Below are positions 1-9,419 of a stretch of 64,000 nt of DNA, in pieces. The translations under genes and the position numbers were made by a program. Origin of the DNA: Candidatus Obscuribacteraceae bacterium. GTDB taxonomy: Bacteria > Cyanobacteriota > Vampirovibrionia > Obscuribacterales > Obscuribacteraceae. Within the stretch, counting starts at the first letter, position 1, and each line of letters begins with the position of its first letter. The stretch covers positions 544,001 to 608,000 of the forward strand of contig JBGASG010000001.1 of the NCBI GenBank assembly GCA_044229845.1, given 5' to 3'. The notes beneath the pieces are model-generated. The model saw only the letters and a list, made by a program, of their open reading frames with translations, was not told where the DNA came from and did no database searches.

Positions 1-602
1 TTGAGATTTTCCTTAGCCCACTCACGTCCCTTCTGAGCAGCCTTGATGTTGAGTTCAGCCGCGGATTTTTTGCCTTCAAACTGGCGGCGAATCGCTTTTT
101 CGACTTCAGCCTGGTCGATAACGAGAAGTTCGGCGGCGACACCGACATAAATCATGTTGGTGACCAGCTTGCGCAGCTTGATGTTCTCGGTCGTCTGGGC
201 TGCCAGTTCGGTAAAGGGCACCTGATAGTGTTTGACGTCGCTGCGCACACCGTCCAGATGCAGTTCGACCGGACTGATGACGACCGCTCCTGCGCCCAGG
301 GCTTTGACGTCTTCAATCGCCGTTTGCGGATTCATGGCGACAAGAATGTCGATTTCCTTCTTGCGCGCTACCCAGCCGTCCTTATTGACGCGAATCGTGA
401 ACCAGGTCGGCAGACCTGCGATGTTCGACGGGAAGAGGTTTTTGCCACTGACCGGGATGCCCATTTGAAAAATGGAACGCATCAGCACGCTATTGGAAGA
501 TTGGCTTCCAGAGCCGTTTACTGTGGCAACTTGAATCGAAAAATCATTTACGACACGGCCCGATTCGGTTTTCTGGGCACTGTCTGCAGCAAGTGTTTTC
601 AC
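1..602 (-). CDS. 2-oxoacid:acceptor (ferredoxin) oxidoreductase subunit alpha, N-terminal part (runs off the window)
   Basis: Not in the ORF track. Manual minus-strand translation from GTG at 602 gives VNDFSIQVATVNGSGSQSSNSVLMRSIFQMGIPVSGKNLFPSNIAGLPTWFTIRV, the typical N-terminus of KorA/OorA-like alpha subunits. Confidence 0.85.
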   Translation of the reverse strand, partial: MKTLAADSAQKTESGRVVNDFSIQVATVNGSGSQSSNSVLMRSIFQMGIPVSGKNLFPSNIAGLPTWFTIRVNKDGWVARKKEIDILVAMNPQTAIEDVKALGAGAVVISPVELHLDGVRSDVKHYQVPFTELAAQTTENIKLRKLVTNMIYVGVAAELLVIDQAEVEKAIRRQFEGKKSAAELNIKAAQKGREWAKENL

Positions 603-764
603 CGGGACTTACCTTGGTTGGCTTTACAACAGCCTCTTAGTTTATCAATTTATCGCCGCCGAGCGGCAGAAGTACCAAATCTGCTAAGGATTGCCAGTTC
701 CCCATGGCGACTGGGTTTTGAGCGGAAAACTAACGAAAACGGTACTAGTCAAGTGACATCAAAC

Positions 765-1814
765 TTAAAAATGGTCCAGCTCGAACAGCGGGCAGGGCAG
801 CGGCTCTCGCCACTTCGCAACCCGCTGGTCGAAGGGCAGAAGCATCGGCAGTGCGTAGTCTCGCTCGACGAAACGCACACCTCGAAGAGGTGGTGCGGCG
901 GCTTCCCAACCGCGAATCACGCCTATGCCGGCGTCAATTGCCAGCGACAAAATGCTTTGCCAGAGATTCTCGCGGGTTTCGCAGCTACCCACCACTTCCA
1001 GCACTCGCATAATCTCCGCTGTACGTTCCAGGACTGCGTAGCCTGCGGAAAAGCCGGACTCTTTGCTGCGCATCAATTCCAGCGGTGCGAAAGTGCGAGA
1101 GCTGCGTTGGCTGACATAGCGCTCGCGAGCCAGCTTATAATGCCAGTAATCCTCACTTCGTGCTGTCGCGAACGGTAAATTGACCTGGCACCGCTGGTAG
1201 TAGCGCACCATATCCGGCACCATGTCCAGATCGATCGCCGTCACCTGATATCGCCGGCTGGTTGCGCTGTCGATTGCCGGCAGCCATGTGTGCGGCACCG
1301 CTTCCGCGGCCCCGCTGTTCGGCAGCCAGAGGTAAAAGTCGCAGGACCCCAGGACTTCGAACCCGATCGCTTCGTACAGCTCAAGTCCGATGTCGGAGTA
1401 GAGGAGCATGCCGTCATAGGCTTCCGCCGCGCTGCTGCAAAAGTTTCTCACTGCGTGCAGAAACTCCACCGCATGCCCCTGTCCGCGATGAGGGCGAGGT
1501 GTATAGACGGCTCCAATGCCGGCTATTTTGAAGTGCTGGTGATGCGACATCATATCCAGCGTGTAGAGCTTGCAACTGCTCAAAATCTGATCCCGGTCGT
1601 TTTTGTAGACCAGATATCGATAATTCTTTCGCGACCAGGGCTGGTGCATCTGCCACCAGATGTACTGATAGTAGGTGGACTTGTCCAATCCACTCGACCA
1701 AATCTGATGCGATTCACGGAGCACGCTCTGAATGTCTTGCCATTCGGCGAGTCCGAGACGCGCCGTTGATCTGGCATTTGACTCGCCGGCAACGGTTGTG
1801 GCGATGGCAGACAT
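765..1814 (-). CDS. GNAT family N-acetyltransferase
   Basis: Acetyl-CoA binding motif IGAVYTPRPHRGQGHA and LYSDIGLELYEAIGF. Confidence 0.8.
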   Translation of the reverse strand: MSAIATTVAGESNARSTARLGLAEWQDIQSVLRESHQIWSSGLDKSTYYQYIWWQMHQPWSRKNYRYLVYKNDRDQILSSCKLYTLDMMSHHQHFKIAGIGAVYTPRPHRGQGHAVEFLHAVRNFCSSAAEAYDGMLLYSDIGLELYEAIGFEVLGSCDFYLWLPNSGAAEAVPHTWLPAIDSATSRRYQVTAIDLDMVPDMVRYYQRCQVNLPFATARSEDYWHYKLARERYVSQRSSRTFAPLELMRSKESGFSAGYAVLERTAEIMRVLEVVGSCETRENLWQSILSLAIDAGIGVIRGWEAAAPPLRGVRFVERDYALPMLLPFDQRVAKWREPLPCPLFELDHF

Positions 1815-1904
1815 TTCTTCCTTCCTGGCTTCTTGGCAGCGAAAATCGTCTCGGGGCCGCTTTACTGATCTAAAATACTGCGGCTATGAGAAGGCTCTTT
1901 ATCA

Positions 1905-3299
1905 ATGCCCCGACTTGCGAAGAAAGATTCTAACAAACATTCTCACGAGAGTAATGGCGCGCGCCGCCGCATTACCGCTTATTTGGGGCGCATCATCACC
2001 CCGGTCGACTGGCAGACTTTTCGCGAGTTCTTAGACGGCGCCTTGATTGTCGACGAGCAGGGCAAAATCGAGGCAGTCGGCAGTTGGCGCGAACTGGAGC
2101 GCAAATATCCTGAAGCCGATGTGATCGATTTTGGTCCGCGCCTGATATTGCCTGGTTTCATAGATTTGCATGTGCATCTGGTGCAAATCGCCCAGACGGG
2201 ACGTGCGGGCGATACGTTGCTCGGCTGGCTGAACAAGTACATCTTTCCGGAAGAGATGCGCTTTACTGAACCGGCTCACGCCCACCGCATGGCAGACTGG
2301 TTTTTCCGCGAGTTGGCCAAGAACGGCACCACGCTGGCCGCCGTCTTCACGAGTGTGCATGCCGATGCAACCGACATTGCCTTTCAGACGGCCGCCGCCT
2401 CGGGCATGCGCGTGATCATGGGCAAAACGATGATGGATCGCAATGCTCCACGCGGTCTGCTCGAAGATACGCAAGTTTCTTTGCAGCAGTCTGAGTCTCT
2501 CTGCAAAAAATGGCACAACTTCGATCATGGTCGTTTGAAGTATGCCTTCACTCCGCGCTTTGCGCCCACGTCCACTCCTGAGTCGCTGGAGAAAACCGCC
2601 CAGCTCTGGCGGCGCAACCCCGGTACCTATCTGCAGACGCACCTGTCAGAGAACGTCGATGAGATCAAATGGGTGCATGAGTTGTTCCCTGATGCGGCGA
2701 ACTACTTCGATGCCTATGAGCAGTGCGGTGTCGCCGGACATAACTGTCTGTTTGCGCACAGCATTCATCTGGATTCCGCTGAGCTGGCAGGCATGAAGCG
2801 TACAGATTCTTCAATTGCGCACTGTCCCAGCTCCAACTTTTTTCTAAAGAGCGGTATCTTCCAGTACACACGGGTCAAGGACGAGGGCATCAAGTTCGGG
2901 CTGGGTTCTGATGTGGCGGCAGGACCGGAGATGAGTATTTTTCGCGTCATGAAAGACGCTGCCTACATGCAGTATCAACTCTGGATCAGCCCGGTCGAGC
3001 TGTTCTACCTCGGAACGCTGGCTGGTGCCCGGGCCGTCAATCTGGAAGACACGATCGGCAGTCTGGATGTCGGCAAAGATGCCGACTTTATCGTGGTGGA
3101 CCCGACGCGCAAGAGCCTGGTGGTCAAAAACGTCATCGAGCACCCGGCTGAAGAAGTGCTGTCTGCCCTGGTTTACGTCGGCGATGACCGGATGGTCTGT
3201 GCGACGTTTGTGCGCGGCAAAGCCATCTACGCGGCAGACAATTTCGAAGTGCCGCTGCGCGTCCAGGGCAGGTTTCAGAGTGCCGTGGGTTTAACTTAA
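1905..3299 (+). CDS. guaD: guanine deaminase (amidohydrolase)
   Basis: PGFIDLHVH, LLGWLNKYIFPEE, TPRFAPT, QTHLSEN, HCPSSN and GLGSDV motifs; adjacent to hpt. Confidence 0.9.
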   Translation: MPRLAKKDSNKHSHESNGARRRITAYLGRIITPVDWQTFREFLDGALIVDEQGKIEAVGSWRELERKYPEADVIDFGPRLILPGFIDLHVHLVQIAQTGRAGDTLLGWLNKYIFPEEMRFTEPAHAHRMADWFFRELAKNGTTLAAVFTSVHADATDIAFQTAAASGMRVIMGKTMMDRNAPRGLLEDTQVSLQQSESLCKKWHNFDHGRLKYAFTPRFAPTSTPESLEKTAQLWRRNPGTYLQTHLSENVDEIKWVHELFPDAANYFDAYEQCGVAGHNCLFAHSIHLDSAELAGMKRTDSSIAHCPSSNFFLKSGIFQYTRVKDEGIKFGLGSDVAAGPEMSIFRVMKDAAYMQYQLWISPVELFYLGTLAGARAVNLEDTIGSLDVGKDADFIVVDPTRKSLVVKNVIEHPAEEVLSALVYVGDDRMVCATFVRGKAIYAADNFEVPLRVQGRFQSAVGLT

Positions 3300-3376
3300 T
3301 AACCTGAAGCTAAGAGCCATCTCTGTGCCCGTTTTGAGATAACATACTGCCTTTCCCGACGGCGACAGGTGAGCTT

Positions 3377-3979
3377 ATGAATGCAACAGACGTACGCAAG
3401 AGAGTGTACAAGCCAGATGCTCCCGGTGAGGCACACGTGGCGCAGATTCGTGAGATGATTCCGCAGGAAAAGCTGGCTGCGCGCATTCGCGAGTTGGCTC
3501 AGGAAATAAACGCTGAATACGGTCAGCTGGAGCGGCCTGTAGTGATAGGTGTTCTGAAGGGCGCCGTCCTCTTTCTCTCTGATTTACTGCGGCACCTCGA
3601 CTTCAAAGATCCTTTGCAAGTAGAATTTGTGCGGTTGGCCAGTTATGGCAGCGGCATGGAAAGCTCCGGCACCGTGCAGGCTCCGAATTTGGATCTGCCC
3701 AATTTGAGAGGGCGCAATGTGTTGGTCGTCGAGGACATCATCGACTCCGGGCGCACTTCCAAGTTTTTCCTCGATTACCTGCGCGATCAGTTCGAGCCGC
3801 GCACGCTTAAGATGGCATGTCTGCTCGACAAACCGTCGCGCCGCGTCGTCAAAGGCGAGGCTGACTTCGTCGGATTCACAATCGAAGATAAGTTCGTCAT
3901 CGGCTACGGTCTGGATTACGCTGAGCAGTTCCGCGAACTACCTTTTATCGGTGAACTGGTTGAGTTTGCTGCCGAGTAG
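3377..3979 (+). CDS. hpt: hypoxanthine phosphoribosyltransferase
   Basis: GVLKGA, PRPP-binding motif VLVVEDIIDSGRT, FVIGYGLDY. Confidence 0.95.
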   Translation: MNATDVRKRVYKPDAPGEAHVAQIREMIPQEKLAARIRELAQEINAEYGQLERPVVIGVLKGAVLFLSDLLRHLDFKDPLQVEFVRLASYGSGMESSGTVQAPNLDLPNLRGRNVLVVEDIIDSGRTSKFFLDYLRDQFEPRTLKMACLLDKPSRRVVKGEADFVGFTIEDKFVIGYGLDYAEQFRELPFIGELVEFAAE

Positions 3980-3985
3980 CTCGAT

Positions 3986-5041
3986 TTGATGAAATCGGTC
4001 AGCCGAATAAAAGTCGCGTTTTTGGCATTTGTGCTGGTGCTTGTGTGTGCACCGGTGTCTTTGAGTGCGCCGGCTGCTTCCAGCAGTCCAGCATCGACGC
4101 CGACCGTTCAACGGCGTGCACCGCAAGTAGTGGCGCAAGCGAAGAGCGAACCCGATGCCGAGAGATTCAACGAGCTGGTACGAAGCGGCGGCATTGCAAA
4201 AAGCAGAGGCATGTATCGCGAAGCGGAGAAACTACTTAAAGAAGCTGTGGACATCGGTTTGGCGACCAAGGTCGAGAAGACTCAGATGCTGGTGCCGCTC
4301 AATAATCTGGCCGGTACCTACATGCAACTTGGGAAATTGACCGAAGCGGAGGCAACTTACAAGGATGTATTAGGGGCGCTTGAAGAGTTGAAGATGCGCC
4401 ACAACATGAGTTATGCCACTGTGCTGGATAACCTGGGACAGGTCTATTCGCGAAAGGGAGATCTGGTCCAGTGTGAACAGATGCAGCGGGAGGCGATCGA
4501 GATTTACGCCAAGTCAGACAATCCGAATGCCCGTCAGGAGCAGGCGATTGCCATGGCGAATCTGGCGCAGACCTACGTCGAGGAGAAGAAGTTTGCGCTT
4601 GCCGAATCTAACTTTCGCGCGGCTTTGAAGACTCTGGAAGATCTGGACCCGGACAGTTCGATTGTAGCCATTCTCTTGGACAATTACTCTGCTCTTTATC
4701 GCAAGCAAGGTAAGTTTGCCGAGGCACTCGAACAGCAGGAGCGAGCGGTCAAGCTGCTTGAGAAGACTCTGGGGAGAAACCATCCTGAAGTGGCGATTGC
4801 TTTGAGCAACATCGCTTTCACGTACACAAAATTGCATCGGGAGACAGAGGCAAAAGATTGCCTGGAGCGGGCGCTGGAGATAAACGAGAAAGCTTTCGGG
4901 ACTAATTCGGCGCCTGCCACCGCGTCGCTTGGGAGAATGATCGCATTCTTGAGAAGTACTAATAAGGCGAGCGAAGCCAAACAGTACGAACTACGGCTAT
5001 TGCAAGCCGGCGGTACTATTTCGGTTCCTCATAAACCGTAG
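3986..5041 (+). CDS. exported tetratricopeptide repeat protein (kinesin-light-chain-like 42-aa TPRs)
   Basis: Signal peptide; repeated LNNLA/LDNLG/ALSNIA...Y...G.F.EA motifs; LGRNHPEVA. Confidence 0.85.
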   Translation: MMKSVSRIKVAFLAFVLVLVCAPVSLSAPAASSSPASTPTVQRRAPQVVAQAKSEPDAERFNELVRSGGIAKSRGMYREAEKLLKEAVDIGLATKVEKTQMLVPLNNLAGTYMQLGKLTEAEATYKDVLGALEELKMRHNMSYATVLDNLGQVYSRKGDLVQCEQMQREAIEIYAKSDNPNARQEQAIAMANLAQTYVEEKKFALAESNFRAALKTLEDLDPDSSIVAILLDNYSALYRKQGKFAEALEQQERAVKLLEKTLGRNHPEVAIALSNIAFTYTKLHRETEAKDCLERALEINEKAFGTNSAPATASLGRMIAFLRSTNKASEAKQYELRLLQAGGTISVPHKP

Positions 5042-5054
5042 GATCGGGTCAGAG

Positions 5055-5510
5055 TTAGTTCTTGCAGGCGGCGTAGTGTTCGGACGCCCGCTTTTGAATT
5101 TCCTCAGGCGTCAGATCTTCCTTGTGAGTCGCCATGTACCACATGTTGCCCCAGTTGTCTTTGACGCCGGCATTGCGGTCGCCATAAAACTGGTCGGCGG
5201 GTTCCACCAAACTGGTGGCGCCGGACTTGAGGGCGCGGTTGTACGCAGCGTCAGTGTCTTCGACGTAGACGTAGAGACACATCGGCACAGGCGGATGACC
5301 TTCCTTGGCGCCGCCCATCATGACGTGAGAATTGCCGATCATGATTTCAGCGTGGGCGATGGAGCCATCCGGTCCCTTCATCGCTGGACCTTCCATTTTT
5401 GCTGCGAATGTTTCTTCCAGAAACTTGATCAGTCCTTGAACATCAGCGCAGACGAGATAAGGAACGACGTTGTGATAGCCCTTGGGAATGTAATCAACTT
5501 TGGTGGCCAT
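5055..5510 (-). CDS. VOC/glyoxalase (PhnB-like) family protein
   Basis: IPKGYHNVVPYL, HAEIMIGNS, DQFYGDRNAGVKDNWGNMW; RBS AGGAGGG before ATG at 5510. Confidence 0.9.
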   Translation of the reverse strand: MATKVDYIPKGYHNVVPYLVCADVQGLIKFLEETFAAKMEGPAMKGPDGSIAHAEIMIGNSHVMMGGAKEGHPPVPMCLYVYVEDTDAAYNRALKSGATSLVEPADQFYGDRNAGVKDNWGNMWYMATHKEDLTPEEIQKRASEHYAACKN

Positions 5511-5640
5511 AATCCCTCCTCTGTGTGGAGGCACATTCTCTCGTGCCTGCCCGTTTCTTTCATTAGATGATCCGGTTCGGGAAGCAGGTCATATCTCCCT
5601 GAACGACCTGCGCCCGAATCCGGCGCTCACAGGAGGAGGT

Positions 5641-5796
5641 ATGTCGGACGAGGCAAGTGAGCGTGGAACCTATGTTTCTAGCGTCTGTTGGAGGGGCGCA
5701 GCTTGCGAATCTCTCCCGGTCCTCGAATTTCGTGATCAGGAGGAACTACGGCGAAGATTGCTTGGGTGGTGGGAGTCCAACTCGAGAAAACCTTAG
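5641..5796 (+). CDS. putative small protein (51 aa)
   Basis: ATG at 5641 directly preceded by AGGAGGAGGT; no recognisable domain; antisense overlap with 5678..5983. Confidence 0.3.
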   Translation: MSDEASERGTYVSSVCWRGAACESLPVLEFRDQEELRRRLLGWWESNSRKP

Positions 5797-5983
5797 AGGC
5801 CTCGCTCTCGGGATCTTCACTCTCGGGAAGTGTGGGACAAATCACGTTCAGCAAATCGGTCAACTGATGGTGGCAGCTGACTGCCAGGCGCAAAGCCAGG
5901 TATGCCAGTCGCAGCCTGATTGAAAAGATGAGATAAAGCAGACACTTGGGCGCTGTCGTTCGTTCTTTGGGTGATTGCAGCAC
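5678..5983 (-). CDS. hypothetical protein (101 aa)
   Basis: GTG start with GGAGGT RBS 7 nt upstream; hydrophobic N-terminal stretch; no recognisable domain. Confidence 0.4.
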   Translation of the reverse strand: MLQSPKERTTAPKCLLYLIFSIRLRLAYLALRLAVSCHHQLTDLLNVICPTLPESEDPESEASKVFSSWTPTTQAIFAVVPPDHEIRGPGEIRKLRPSNRR

Positions 5984-6126
5984 GGTGGTTACCTCCGCAG
6001 CAAAGTGGTGGAAGTAGCGTGTGGGAATTTGGGGTCTACCTATACAACGTTGGTCGACCCGAAAAAGTTCAATCGAAATAGTGCTTGAAATGTGGCTTTT
6101 AGATTAATTGCGAAACTGCCGCGACC

Positions 6127-7002
6127 TTACATTCGATAAGCTCGCATCATTGCCTGTGTGCCCTGGTCATCGCCAGTGGTGGCATCCAGCTCCGCCGCCA
6201 CTTCGAACTTCTGTGTCGATAATTCTGCCCCGGGCAAATTGCGACCGGACTTGACCATCACATCTCGAGCCAGGCGGAGATCTTTCAACATGTGCTTGAT
6301 GGCAAATCCAGGCGCAAAGTCAGTCTTGACGATGCGCTGCCCGAGGTTTGCCAGAGCCCATGAGCCGCCGGCGCCGGTCGAGCAGACATCCACAATCAGC
6401 TGGGGGTCGATCTTCAACGTTTCCGCGAGGGCGAATGCTTCGCACACTGACACCATGTTGACCGCGCAGAGGATCTGATTGCACAACTTGACGCCCTGCC
6501 CGCTGCCTGAGCGTCCGCAGTAGTATATATTTTTGCCCAGACACTCGAAAAGAGGGTTGGCGAGATGGAAGTCTTCTTCGTCCCCGCCCACCATGATCGT
6601 CAACGTTCCGGCGCGGGCGCCGATATCGCCACCGGAGACTGGCGCATCTAGAAAACGCGACCCCCGTTTCTTCAAGAGCGCGTGTGCGTGTCTGGCAAAG
6701 GACGGTCCGGTGGTGCCCATGTCGACGATCAGGACATGGGCGGCAGCATGTTCCGCAACTCCGCCTGGACCGAAGATGACCTTGTCGACGTCTGGAACAT
6801 CGGCCAGGCAGAGAATGATTGCTTCCGCGTCAGCAACGGCTTCTTTGATCGTGAGCGCCTGGGTGGCACCGGCTGCGGTGGCAACTTCGATGTTTTCGCT
6901 GTCGGCGGTTCGATTCCAGACCGTAACTGTCTGACCAGCTCTGGCCAAATTCGCAGCCATGGCTGAACCCATGATGCCCATGCCAAGGTAAGCAACACGC
7001 AT
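6127..7002 (-). CDS. NAD(P)-dependent oxidoreductase, 3-hydroxyisobutyrate dehydrogenase family
   Basis: GMGIMGSAMAANL, FLDAPVSGG, GTLTIMVGG, VKLCNQ, KDL motifs. Confidence 0.9.
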   Translation of the reverse strand: MRVAYLGMGIMGSAMAANLARAGQTVTVWNRTADSENIEVATAAGATQALTIKEAVADAEAIILCLADVPDVDKVIFGPGGVAEHAAAHVLIVDMGTTGPSFARHAHALLKKRGSRFLDAPVSGGDIGARAGTLTIMVGGDEEDFHLANPLFECLGKNIYYCGRSGSGQGVKLCNQILCAVNMVSVCEAFALAETLKIDPQLIVDVCSTGAGGSWALANLGQRIVKTDFAPGFAIKHMLKDLRLARDVMVKSGRNLPGAELSTQKFEVAAELDATTGDDQGTQAMMRAYRM

Positions 7003-7065
7003 TATCGACTCCGATCGCATTTACGCAGTCAGTTTAGTCACGAGAGCGCGATCATAGCGAATTGC

Positions 7066-7281
7066 TTAGCCGCCTGGAAAGTCGACTTCCGTATAAAAGC
7101 GGTCTTCCATCGGGTTGTTGTTCATATATATGGGAACCAGATCGCGCCTGTCACGAGCGCCGCAATTGGGGCACCGCAGGTCGTTGTCTGTTTCGTTGCC
7201 GTGAAATATGGTCTCGCACCAGATACATTCGTAATCAGCCGGCTCAACAGGCTTTTGGCCCTTCGGCATCTTAGCTTTCAC
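7066..7281 (-). CDS. small zinc-ribbon protein (CxxC...CxxC) ending in Gly-Gly
   Basis: YECIWCE...RCPNCG; GGAGG RBS upstream of GTG; C-terminus TEVDFPGG. Confidence 0.7.
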   Translation of the reverse strand: MKAKMPKGQKPVEPADYECIWCETIFHGNETDNDLRCPNCGARDRRDLVPIYMNNNPMEDRFYTEVDFPGG

Positions 7282-7286
7282 GGTGT

Positions 7287-7337
7287 GAACCTCCAGTTAG
7301 GTGTCAAATCAAAGACGGGGGTTAACTGCCGAGGTTC
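7287..7337 (-). promoter_or_regulatory. 5' leader hairpin sequestering the RBS of the zinc-ribbon gene
   Basis: On the minus strand GAACCTC pairs with GAGGTTC and CAGTTA with TAACTG; the GGAGG RBS lies in the 3' arm. Confidence 0.45.
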
Positions 7338-7475
7338 CATTGGTTGGTTGAGCCGACAGATATAAAAAAGCGGTCATTAGCCGTTAAATTGCCGGCTTCC
7401 TCCTTAAAACACTCTGGTTGTGTGTTAATTTGAGATCGTCACGACCTCGCACGCCTGTCTAAACCACCACCTCAA

Positions 7476-9002
7476 ATGCGACTTCGCCCTGCCGTCACGT
7501 TGGTCTATCTGGCAACTGCTTTGGCATTTGCCGGACCGGTGCGGGCTGATGAGGCTGAAATCCAACCCAGCGCGCCGGCGCGTCCCGCCGCGATTTCGGT
7601 GGCTATTCCACCGACACCGGTTCTACAGGGCTCGGCTGCTCTCAATAGCGGGGGGAAGTGGGAGAAAGAGTATCAGGCCGGGCAGCAGGCCTTGCAGACT
7701 CACCGATACGCCGAGGCAGAAACCAGACTGCAGAGCGCCTGGTGGGAGTTGCGGAAGCGAAACTTGCGCGATATGCGCCTCAGTCTTGTTCGTCTGGCTC
7801 TAGGTGAAGCTGAATTGGCGCAGAACAAATTGGAAGACGCCGACAAGCAGTTTGTTGCGGTTTTGACCACCGATCGCCAGAACAATGCACCGATGGACAG
7901 CGACCAGCATCTGAAGGCATTGAACTGCGCGACCCGCACAGCCCTGGCGCTCTACAAGTTCCCCCGCGCGCAGCAGTTGTCCGAGCAGGCTATGAACATT
8001 GTGGACAGTCGCAAGGGCGGGGCCCTGAATCGCGAGATTTACACCGCTCAAATCAATCACAGCATCCTGCTGATTAAGGGTGCACATTTGGAAGAGGCTA
8101 CAGAGCTGCTTTCGGACGTGGTGAAAGGGCTGGAAGAAACCACCGGCAACGATGATCTGCTCCAAGAGGCGGTCTACAATCTGGGCATCTCGATTGCCCG
8201 GCAGGGCGATCCACAGCGAGCTGAACCATACTTTGCGCGCGCTTTCGAATTGATGGAAAAGCAGGTGACGTACAACCGTACTGCGCGCCACGGCAGCGTG
8301 AAAATGGTCTGGGAAGACGGCTCACCGCGAGCCCGTCAGATGTGGGATCCCGAATATCCCCTCAAGTATGTGCATCTGAAGAACATCCGTGTCGCCACGA
8401 CCATTGTGCGCAGTGAAAACCTGGTCAGTGTGCTGATTTCAATTGCCAACTGCGGCAAGGAAAGAGTGCAGGTGGGCGTCGGCGATGTCCGGTTGCAGAT
8501 GCTTTCTCCCGTGAAAAAATATCTCGTCTGGATCGACGGCAACATCCTTGACCGCACGCTCGAAGAAGATCACGTCAATAACTTGACCTGGCGTCGCCGC
8601 TGGCTGGCACACATTCAGAAAACGCGCCGTATTCCGGGTTATTTGAAAGACGGAGCGCTGAGCACCGATAACTTTTTCGGCAACAACGTTTTCGGACCGT
8701 ACGGGCACTGGCCGGTGATGGCGTACACCGATCCGGCGGTAGTGACGCGCGAACAATACTACTTTGATGCCTCCGATTCACCGACGGAGACAACGACCGG
8801 TGCCGACAAGGTGACGACAGCCTTCGCCAACAATAGCGGTTCGGTGCTCAAACCTACCTTTCTCGATCCCGGCGATGCGCGCACCGGCGTGGTTTACTTC
8901 CAGCGTGAGAGGTTCGACTCTGCTCGCCTGCAGATCTCCCTGGGAAACACGATCTTCGAGTTTCCGTTCAATGCGCCTGGCGGTCCGAGCGGCAAACACT
9001 AG
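7476..9002 (+). CDS. exported TPR protein with C-terminal beta-rich domain
   Basis: Signal peptide (AFAGPVRA); TPR helices (AVYNLG...AEPYFARAFEL); C-terminal LKPTFLDPGDARTGVVYF. Confidence 0.75.
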   Translation: MRLRPAVTLVYLATALAFAGPVRADEAEIQPSAPARPAAISVAIPPTPVLQGSAALNSGGKWEKEYQAGQQALQTHRYAEAETRLQSAWWELRKRNLRDMRLSLVRLALGEAELAQNKLEDADKQFVAVLTTDRQNNAPMDSDQHLKALNCATRTALALYKFPRAQQLSEQAMNIVDSRKGGALNREIYTAQINHSILLIKGAHLEEATELLSDVVKGLEETTGNDDLLQEAVYNLGISIARQGDPQRAEPYFARAFELMEKQVTYNRTARHGSVKMVWEDGSPRARQMWDPEYPLKYVHLKNIRVATTIVRSENLVSVLISIANCGKERVQVGVGDVRLQMLSPVKKYLVWIDGNILDRTLEEDHVNNLTWRRRWLAHIQKTRRIPGYLKDGALSTDNFFGNNVFGPYGHWPVMAYTDPAVVTREQYYFDASDSPTETTTGADKVTTAFANNSGSVLKPTFLDPGDARTGVVYFQRERFDSARLQISLGNTIFEFPFNAPGGPSGKH

Positions 9003-9044
9003 GCGCTGCCGCGACTCGCATTCAGACGCACCATATTCAGTATC

Positions 9045-9210
9045 AAGAAAAAAATAGCCGTGCCGCACAATCCCGGCTGCGGGACAATCGTACAAAAATA
9101 GCTGGCTAACTGTACGGCACGGACCTTTTCCCTGGGTCAACTTTGTAGCGGGGCACCGCAGCGCTGTGGGCGCCAAACCGTGGGCTGGCGGACGACAGAT
9201 TGCGGGATGG
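9045..9210 (-). ncRNA. candidate small structured RNA (uncharacterised)
   Basis: Perfect TATAAT on the minus strand at 9215-9220; multi-stem structure closed by CCGTGCCG/CGGCACGG; T7 run at 9048-9054; no credible ORF. Confidence 0.3.
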
Positions 9211-9419
9211 CTGCATTATAGAACAAGATCCTCGTTGTCATACCTTAAATTTAGCGGCTGATAGAGAAAAAGTTCAGGGCGGGGCCGGTTTCAAAGCGAC
9301 GCACCGGAAGGGCGATGGGGAACAGAAGAATCAGAACGGCAGGCGAGCGATTTGAGCCTGGACATCTGTGCCTCGACAACGAGGGGCAGAAATTGGTTTG
9401 CAGTTTGGGGCGGGCATCG

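Noticed and set aside
228..1178. 316-aa plus-strand ORF
   Set aside because: Shadow ORF antisense to the oxidoreductase alpha subunit and the GNAT gene.
5572..5623. SRP (4.5S) RNA, because of the GGAAGCAG-like stretch
   Set aside because: Lacks the conserved CAGGUCCGGAAGGAAGCAG helix-8 arrangement.
8778..9176. 132-aa minus-strand ORF
   Set aside because: TTG start without RBS, overlaps the TPR gene antisense, no domain features.
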